This document shows, in pieces, positions 58,075 to 64,000 of a stretch of DNA of 64,000 nt. Position 1 is the first letter of the stretch. Every line of letters begins with the position of its first letter. Location: contig CBDEUM010000029.1 in assembly GCA_965242925.1 (NCBI GenBank), positions 32,001 through 96,000 of the forward strand, written 5' to 3'. The translations under genes and the position numbers were made by a program. The notes below the pieces were generated by a model, which made no database searches, had not been told where the DNA came from, and saw only the letters and a list, made by a program, of their open reading frames with translations. This DNA comes from Roseibacillus sp. (GTDB lineage Bacteria > Verrucomicrobiota > Verrucomicrobiia > Verrucomicrobiales > Akkermansiaceae).

Positions 58075-61000
58075 TCACTTCACCTTGAGAGTGCCCCACA
58101 TGAGCTGGCCGTGGCCGGGGTAGGTGCACACGTACTCGTAGTCACCGGGCTTGTTGGGCAGGGTGAGGTAAAGAGTGAAGCGGCGCCCCGGGGCGACCTG
58201 TGGCGTGGACCCAAGCAAGGCAGGAGAGTCCGGAATGAAGTTCTTCTCGATCGCCGTCGACCCCAGTGCGATGGTCGCCTCCAGAATGCTCTGACGCGCC
58301 CCGGGCTTGATCACTGCCAGGTTGTGCATCAGGCCGTCGGGGTCATTGTTGGTGAGGACAATGGCGATGCGCTCGCCGACCTTGGCCTCAAGGACGTTCT
58401 TGTCGAACTTCATGCCGCGGAGCACTCCCACCTCGATTTTGCGGGCCTGCTCGTAACCTTCCGGGACCAGACGCGCGGGGGCCTTGCTCAAGGCATCCAT
58501 CTCGGTTTTCACCTTGGCATCGGAGATCTTGGCCAGCGATTCGTTGCGGAAGTTGTTGATGAAACCTCCAAAGCTGGCGCCACCCTTGAAGTTACGGGCC
58601 TTGGCGAACCAGGTGAAGAACTGCTTGCGCAACTCCGGAGTCCAGCCGTCGGAGACATTCTTCAAGGCAAAGGCGTAGTGGATCTGCTGGCGCTGCGGGT
58701 TGTTGGTTTTCTGATTGAGGAAGCTGTTGCCGTATTGGCCAGAGCGCCTGAGGAGATCGTCATCAAATTCAATTTCTTCCAGCCCGACCGCTTCCTGGCT
58801 GAGCAGGGGGACGGTCTTGGACACCACGTCGGGGGCACCGAGGTAAACCAGCATGTCGACGAGCTCACGATTGAGGGCATCGGTCTTGGCCGGGTAAAGG
58901 GGGCTGATGGCTGTGATGATCTCTTCGGCGGTGGCCTCATCAGGCTTGCCCATGCGGATGAAACAGAGGGAAAGGACGCGCAGGGCTTCAAGCTTCTGGG
59001 CTTCGCTCATGTCGGCCGGGGAGTGTTGGCTGAGAGCATCAAGGAGGGCGGCCTGGTGACTGGCATCACCCTGCCTTGTCAGGGCGAGCAGAGCGGTGAG
59101 GGAGGTCTGGAGGTCGCCTTCCTTGAGGGCCCTCGCGGCCCAGTCGCTGGCCGGCTGGTGCTCGAGGGCAACCCGCGCAGCGTAGCGGAGGAAGCGGTCC
59201 TCGTGCCCGAGGCTGCTCCAGACCTTGTCGATGGAACCGGCGACGGCTTTGCCATGGTACTGCTCCAGCTGACGGCGTTTCATGCGGAGGGTGCGATTGA
59301 TTTCCTTATCTTGAAAGCGGCGTTCCTTGGAGGCTTCTCCGGTGTAGGTCACCCGGTAGAGGGCGGACTGAGTTCCGCGGCCGCCGACTGCAAAGTACAT
59401 GTTGCCATCCTTGCCGATCACTCCGTCGGTCACGTTCAGTGGTACGCCGGTGACGAATTCCTCCTTCACGCCCCTGTAGCTTGAGCCCTCCGGAGCGAGA
59501 TGAATGGCGTAGATCGTTCCGTAGGTCCAGTCGAAGGCATAGATGGCATTCTGGTAGTCGGCCGGAAAATTGGAACCCAGTCCGGACATGACACCGGTGG
59601 GGCAACCCGGACCGATATCGGCGGTTGGAGGCAGAGAGTCTGGATACCAGGTGGGCCACTTGCCGGTGCCCGTACGCCAGCCAAACTCGCTTCCGCTGGT
59701 GCAGTGGTAGACGCGGGTGGGGCGATACCAGGGGGTGCCGCTATCCCACTCCATGTCGGAGTCGTAGGTGAACATTTCCCCGTCGGCGTTGAAGGCCACA
59801 TCGTACTGGTTGCGGAATCCCGAGGAGTAGAAGTTCCAGCTCTTGCCGTCGGGGTCAGTCTTGGCAATCCAGCCGCCGGGGGCCCTGATGTTGCGGGCGT
59901 GACCCCGGGCATCGGTCATCCGGGGCAGGAGGAGGTCCTCGGCGTAGTTCTTGGGGACGGAGTAGACTTCCGGCTTGGGCGGCTGGGTGTGATTGCCGCC
60001 CAGGACCATGAGGGATTTGCCGTCAGGCGTGAGGACTACCGCATGCGGTCCGTGTTCTCCGCCACCCTGGAGCCCGCGCAGGGGGGAGACCTTGTCGAGT
60101 TGGTCATCACCATTGGTGTCGGTGAGGTAGTAGAGTCCACTCCCGTGCCCGCCTACGCCCCCTCCATTCACGCAGACGTAGAGGCGGTTGAAGGCCCATA
60201 GCAGGCCGTGGCCGCCACTGATCGGAGCAGGCACCTTCTCGACTTTCAGCTCCTTGCCGGGGGTGATCCGCCAGATCCCGGCCTTGCCCTGGTCACTGCA
60301 GTAGAGGCGGCCTTTGTCGTCGATCGCCATGGATACCCAGGAACCCTGCTGGCCCTTGGGAACGGTGTAGATCTTTTCCACCTCGAAACCTTCGGGATGG
60401 GCGACCGCTTCGCCCTTGGAGGCTGGTTTTTTCTTGGCCGCCTTCTTGGAGATGCGGGTGAGAACGATGTCCTTGGCTTCCACCTTCATCGGCCCGCCGC
60501 CGTGAAGTTGCAGGGCGAGCACGCCTGAGAGCGAGCGCTTGGCTTTCTCCTCATCGACAATCTCACTCGTGGTTGCGCCATTGACCTTGTGAGTGAGGAC
60601 GTTGCCCTTGGCTACGATGGTGTAGGTGTTCCACTCGGCGGGATTGATCTTCTTCTTGGTGTCGAAGTCGCCCACGATGGCGCGCTTGCCGTCGGCACCC
60701 ACCTTGATCTTCTGGCCGCGCTGGGCAATGATCCCGCGTCCCTTCTCCTCGTACATCATGCCGAGGTAGTTCTGGGAGGGATGGATGTCCATCTGGTAAC
60801 CACTCACCACCCACTTCTGCTCGTTGACCACCTTGGACCGGTACTGGATGCCCGAATTGTTGTTTCCAATCACCCTGACCTTGAGAGTGAGTTCGAAGTC
60901 CCCCACGGGTTTGCCCTGGTAGACGAGAAAAGTGTTCCCGCCGGTGGGCTTTTCCGGTGTTGTTTCTCCAACGATCGTTCCATCCTGCACGGACCAGAAT

Positions 61001-61116
61001 TGTGGAAGGCCTTTCCAGCCCGAGAGATCCTTGCCGTTGAATAGTTTTTCCGGGGCGGCCGACAAGACGGATACCAGGAACGAGAGTGCGGCAGTGGTCA
61101 ACAGGGCGTGTTTCAT
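58075..61116 (-). CDS. DUF1080 + beta-propeller + helical repeat + azurin/auracyanin-like type-1 copper domain protein
   Basis: LFNGKDLSGW...NSGIQYRS...LQLH (DUF1080); GEHGPH, GFRNQYD, YDSDMEWD (propeller); MHNL...CTYPGH..LM (cupredoxin). Confidence 0.85.
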   Translation of the reverse strand: MKHALLTTAALSFLVSVLSAAPEKLFNGKDLSGWKGLPQFWSVQDGTIVGETTPEKPTGGNTFLVYQGKPVGDFELTLKVRVIGNNNSGIQYRSKVVNEQKWVVSGYQMDIHPSQNYLGMMYEEKGRGIIAQRGQKIKVGADGKRAIVGDFDTKKKINPAEWNTYTIVAKGNVLTHKVNGATTSEIVDEEKAKRSLSGVLALQLHGGGPMKVEAKDIVLTRISKKAAKKKPASKGEAVAHPEGFEVEKIYTVPKGQQGSWVSMAIDDKGRLYCSDQGKAGIWRITPGKELKVEKVPAPISGGHGLLWAFNRLYVCVNGGGVGGHGSGLYYLTDTNGDDQLDKVSPLRGLQGGGEHGPHAVVLTPDGKSLMVLGGNHTQPPKPEVYSVPKNYAEDLLLPRMTDARGHARNIRAPGGWIAKTDPDGKSWNFYSSGFRNQYDVAFNADGEMFTYDSDMEWDSGTPWYRPTRVYHCTSGSEFGWRTGTGKWPTWYPDSLPPTADIGPGCPTGVMSGLGSNFPADYQNAIYAFDWTYGTIYAIHLAPEGSSYRGVKEEFVTGVPLNVTDGVIGKDGNMYFAVGGRGTQSALYRVTYTGEASKERRFQDKEINRTLRMKRRQLEQYHGKAVAGSIDKVWSSLGHEDRFLRYAARVALEHQPASDWAARALKEGDLQTSLTALLALTRQGDASHQAALLDALSQHSPADMSEAQKLEALRVLSLCFIRMGKPDEATAEEIITAISPLYPAKTDALNRELVDMLVYLGAPDVVSKTVPLLSQEAVGLEEIEFDDDLLRRSGQYGNSFLNQKTNNPQRQQIHYAFALKNVSDGWTPELRKQFFTWFAKARNFKGGASFGGFINNFRNESLAKISDAKVKTEMDALSKAPARLVPEGYEQARKIEVGVLRGMKFDKNVLEAKVGERIAIVLTNNDPDGLMHNLAVIKPGARQSILEATIALGSTAIEKNFIPDSPALLGSTPQVAPGRRFTLYLTLPNKPGDYEYVCTYPGHGQLMWGTLKVK

Positions 61117-61323
61117 GGTCCGGAGTAGGTAGCGGAGCCACTCCCATGCGACAAGGCGCGTTTTACCCACTCGATCAGGTGACAATAACCGCCACCGCGC
61201 CTCAGGCCCGGGACTCCAGTTTTCCACGGAGCCACCGCCCCGTCCGGGATGGACCCTCGTTACACCATGATAGAGGTTGGAAACAGCACCTGCAGTGCTG
61301 GCTCCATCCCCCCGCAGTGTCCG

Positions 61324-61428
61324 TTAGGACTTGTAACGCAAGCGCTTCTTGTGGCGGTTGGCCTTCATCCGCTTCTTGCGCTTGTGCTTGTTGATCTTGG
61401 TCTTACGACGTTTTTTCAGAGAGCCCAT
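61324..61428 (-). CDS. bS22 / mS38 (AURKAIP1/COX24)-like small basic ribosomal protein, 34 aa
   Basis: Hand translation: MGSLKKRRKTKINKHKRKKRMKANRHKKRLRYKS*. Below the ORF-track cutoff. Confidence 0.88.
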   Translation of the reverse strand: MGSLKKRRKTKINKHKRKKRMKANRHKKRLRYKS

Positions 61429-61467
61429 GGTGTGCAGTGGTTAGGGAGGTCGAAAGTCAGGATGAGG

Positions 61468-62352
61468 TCAGGGAACGATCTTGTTGAGCGGGTATTCGAT
61501 GATTCCTTCCGCTCCGAGTTCCTTGAGGTCGGGAACGAGATGGCGCACGGCAGATTCGTCGATGATTGTTTCCACGGCTAGCCAGCCGTTCTCCGCGAGG
61601 GAGCTTACGGTCGGGCGGCGGAGGGAGGGTAGGCGTTCCAAGACTTCGGGCAAGGACTTTTCGGGGAGGTTGAGCTTCAGTCCCACCTTGTCGCGGGCGG
61701 CCAGGGCAGCCTGAACCATGAGGACCATGCGCTCCATTTTCTGCCGCTTCCAGTCGTCCGCGAAGGCTGCTTTGGAGGCGAAGAAGTGCGGAAAGGAGAC
61801 GAGCAACTCATCCACGATACGCAGCTTGTTGGCCCGCAGGGAGGATCCTGTTTCGGTGACATCCACGATGGCGTCCACCAGGTCCGGTACCTTCACCTCG
61901 GTTGCTCCCCAGGAGAACTCAATGTCGGCATGGACTCCCTTGCTCTCGAGATAGCGCCTGGTGATGCCCACCCCTTCGGTGGCGATGCGCTTCCCTTCAA
62001 GATCCTGCACAGTCCTGATGGGAGAGTCTTCGGGGACCACCAGGACCCAGCGTGTGGGGCGTACCGAGGAGCGGGAGTAGGGGAGTTCGGCCAGATCCTC
62101 CAGATCTGCTTCGTTTTCGTAGACCCAGTCGTAACCGGTGATTCCACAGTCGAGAAATCCGTCGTGGATGTAGGACCCGATCTCCTGGGCCCGGATCATG
62201 AAGATATCGAGCTCGGGGTCATCGGATGAGGGCCGCAGGCCGCGCGATGACGAGTAGACGTGGTAGCCGGCCTTCGCGAGGAGGGCGAGGGTTGGCTCCT
62301 GCAGGCTGCCCTTGGGCAGTGCGATGCGTAGAGTGTTCGCTGAATCGTCCAC
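61468..62352 (-). CDS. hisG: ATP phosphoribosyltransferase (long form)
   Basis: [36 protein letters not shown] and a C-terminal regulatory domain (GAEGIIEYP). Confidence 0.96.
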   Translation of the reverse strand: MDDSANTLRIALPKGSLQEPTLALLAKAGYHVYSSSRGLRPSSDDPELDIFMIRAQEIGSYIHDGFLDCGITGYDWVYENEADLEDLAELPYSRSSVRPTRWVLVVPEDSPIRTVQDLEGKRIATEGVGITRRYLESKGVHADIEFSWGATEVKVPDLVDAIVDVTETGSSLRANKLRIVDELLVSFPHFFASKAAFADDWKRQKMERMVLMVQAALAARDKVGLKLNLPEKSLPEVLERLPSLRRPTVSSLAENGWLAVETIIDESAVRHLVPDLKELGAEGIIEYPLNKIVP

Positions 62353-62548
62353 GGTGGACCCGGCGGGGGGCGGGGGTTTTACCTGTGAACGGCGCTGAAT
62401 CAACGCTAATCTGGCCCCCAGCGCACCGGAACCTGTAATTTGAGGCAGCTCCTGCCTGCCTTGAAGCGAAGGATTCGGGTTCGTGCCGACGTGACGTCAC
62501 GATGGGGAAACACCCCTGGAGCCCGGATTCGTGCCGGTATCGGGGGAT

Positions 62549-63040
62549 TCAGGCTTGGGTCAGGGCCCAGCGGATTAAGGGGAGGTGCTCGGGGCTCACC
62601 GAGGACAGAATCTCGTCACGAAAGGCCTGCTCCTGGGCCTGATAACGTTCGATCAGCTGCTCGGTGACTGAGATTTCCCACATGCGGCGGGTGATCTCAT
62701 CAAGCGGATTTTTGTGGGGAGCGCGGCCCGATTCGCCACTGCCGGCCCGTTCCTCCCCCCGCAGGGCATTGGTTCCGAGCAGATAGGGAGCGAGTTCGAC
62801 CACCTGCCGGTCGCGTAGTTCGACGGTGGCATCTTGATCGCCCCGCAGCAGCATGAGTTCGGGGAAAAGTCCGCGAATCTTACGGACGAGGGAGCCGCAG
62901 CCGTTGGACCGGATGGCTTCGGCACCGCCCAGATCGCGCACTGCGACGGCCAGTTCTTCCGTCATCCTCGCCCGGTCGGTGGGGAGCGGGACTAATTTCT
63001 GGGCTTCAAAGGGAGAATCAGCAGCGGAGGAAGAGCTCAT
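62549..63040 (-). CDS. Hypothetical helical protein
   Basis: 163-aa ORF with protein-like composition, starting next to an AT-rich spacer. Confidence 0.6.
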   Translation of the reverse strand: MSSSSAADSPFEAQKLVPLPTDRARMTEELAVAVRDLGGAEAIRSNGCGSLVRKIRGLFPELMLLRGDQDATVELRDRQVVELAPYLLGTNALRGEERAGSGESGRAPHKNPLDEITRRMWEISVTEQLIERYQAQEQAFRDEILSSVSPEHLPLIRWALTQA

Positions 63041-63099
63041 GATCTAGGTAGTTTCTGGTAATTCCTTGAAATGGAGGGATTTGGTCGGGGAAACCTCGG

Positions 63100-63280
63100 C
63101 GAACGGTGATAGTTCTACTTCCTTATAAATTAGTTTTCCAGCTAATTTTTAATATTTCGCTTTAGTTAAATATTCATAAAATGGCGGAATACGCACAAAC
63201 AATAGACGCCGTAATAGGCAGCTCAGCAAAATTAATTTAGCAAAAACTTGCTATTTGGGACTAACTTTAACAAATTTCCG
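63100..63280. promoter_or_regulatory. AT-rich divergent promoter region with palindrome TAGCAA-N4-TTGCTA
   Basis: TAGCAAAAACTTGCTA at 63238-63253, 29 bp before the GTG at 63283. Confidence 0.6.
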
Positions 63281-63282
63281 AG

Positions 63283-63789
63283 GTGAGCACGCCTTCCCGA
63301 TTCGAACACTTGGCCGACGACCTCTGGCAGCTGAGCTTGGCCGAGCTGCGTCATTTTCAGGGCGTGATTGCCAAAATCATGGCTGCCAAGGAGGAAATTG
63401 CGGCAGTTTCGGAGACTTCTGCCGAGGAGCGGGATCGGGTTGCCGCGATGGAACTCAAGGAGATTCGCGATTATCTGGAGAATGAGGAAGTGCCACTATC
63501 GGGCCCTGAAGCGGTGGTTCTGGCGGCTTACTGCAAGCATCAGGAGGGGACGGAGCTCCTTGACTCGAAGGGGCTCAACATTTTCCTCGATTCGTATGGC
63601 CGCAAACCTGCCAATACCACCACGGTGGTCGAAAAGCTGGGCAAGCGCCGCCTGATAGGAATCGAGGACGACGGTCCTCATTCCCACAAGAAGTTCAAGC
63701 TTACCGACTCCGGGAGGGACGAGGCGTGGGACATTCTCATCCGCCTGCGTCGTGGTCGCGGGCGTTCGCATTTGACGGCAGTGAGCTGA
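63283..63789 (+). CDS. Hypothetical protein with C-terminal winged-helix-like domain
   Basis: ANTTTVVEKLGKRRLI...KKFKLTDSGRDEA resembles a wHTH recognition helix, wing and LTxxG motif. Confidence 0.7.
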   Translation: MSTPSRFEHLADDLWQLSLAELRHFQGVIAKIMAAKEEIAAVSETSAEERDRVAAMELKEIRDYLENEEVPLSGPEAVVLAAYCKHQEGTELLDSKGLNIFLDSYGRKPANTTTVVEKLGKRRLIGIEDDGPHSHKKFKLTDSGRDEAWDILIRLRRGRGRSHLTAVS

Positions 63790-63949
63790 GGGGAGTTCAA
63801 GTTCCGGATCTCAGACTTCAAATGGATCTGAAATACGGGCTCGCGGGTCCGGGTTCTGAAGGTTGAGAATCCCGACCGGTTCTACGGACGACGGTATTAC
63901 GCTATTACGCCTTGCACCCACCTGCGGGTTCCCCAATCCTGCGCCGCCC

Positions 63950-64000
63950 ATGACCACAGCGATATTGGAGAATACGAGCGAACCTCTCGCGCAAGCGGCG
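63950..64000 (+). CDS. Possible gene start running off the window edge
   Basis: ATG at 63950 is open to the end: MTTAILENTSEPLAQAA. Confidence 0.35.
   Translation, partial: MTTAILENTSEPLAQAA

Noticed and set aside
1..64000. tRNA/rRNA genes, transposases, integrases, prophage genes
   Set aside because: None recognised by eye in ORFs or intergenic gaps; a covariance-model scan would be needed to exclude small RNAs.

Overview
GC-rich bacterial chromosome segment, most likely from a Verrucomicrobiota (PVC superphylum) organism. This is inferred from a Verrucomicrobia-type LexA box before recA, the homodimeric GlyRS, split coaB/coaC, several sulfatases, and DUF1501/DUF1549/DUF1553 and PVC-type cytochrome modules. 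Housekeeping genes include ruvX, manC, rfbB, rfbD, avtA, recA, tilS, serS, rlmH, glyQS, xseA, sucCD, ispF, suhB, coaB, coaC, gmk, mutS, mutM-like and hisG. Accessory loci include three sulfatases (one frameshifted), a collapsed FAD-oxidoreductase pseudogene, a four-gene non-phosphorylative L-fucose pathway, two DUF1549/1553-DUF1501 modules, an isolated PduS/PduT microcompartment redox pair, and a large beta-propeller/helical-repeat protein ending in a blue-copper domain. Two genes missed by the ORF track were read by hand: a partial cytochrome c protein at the left edge and a 34-aa bS22/mS38-like protein. No rRNA, tRNA, CRISPR array, integrase or transposase was recognised. All family calls come from motif recognition by eye, not database searches.
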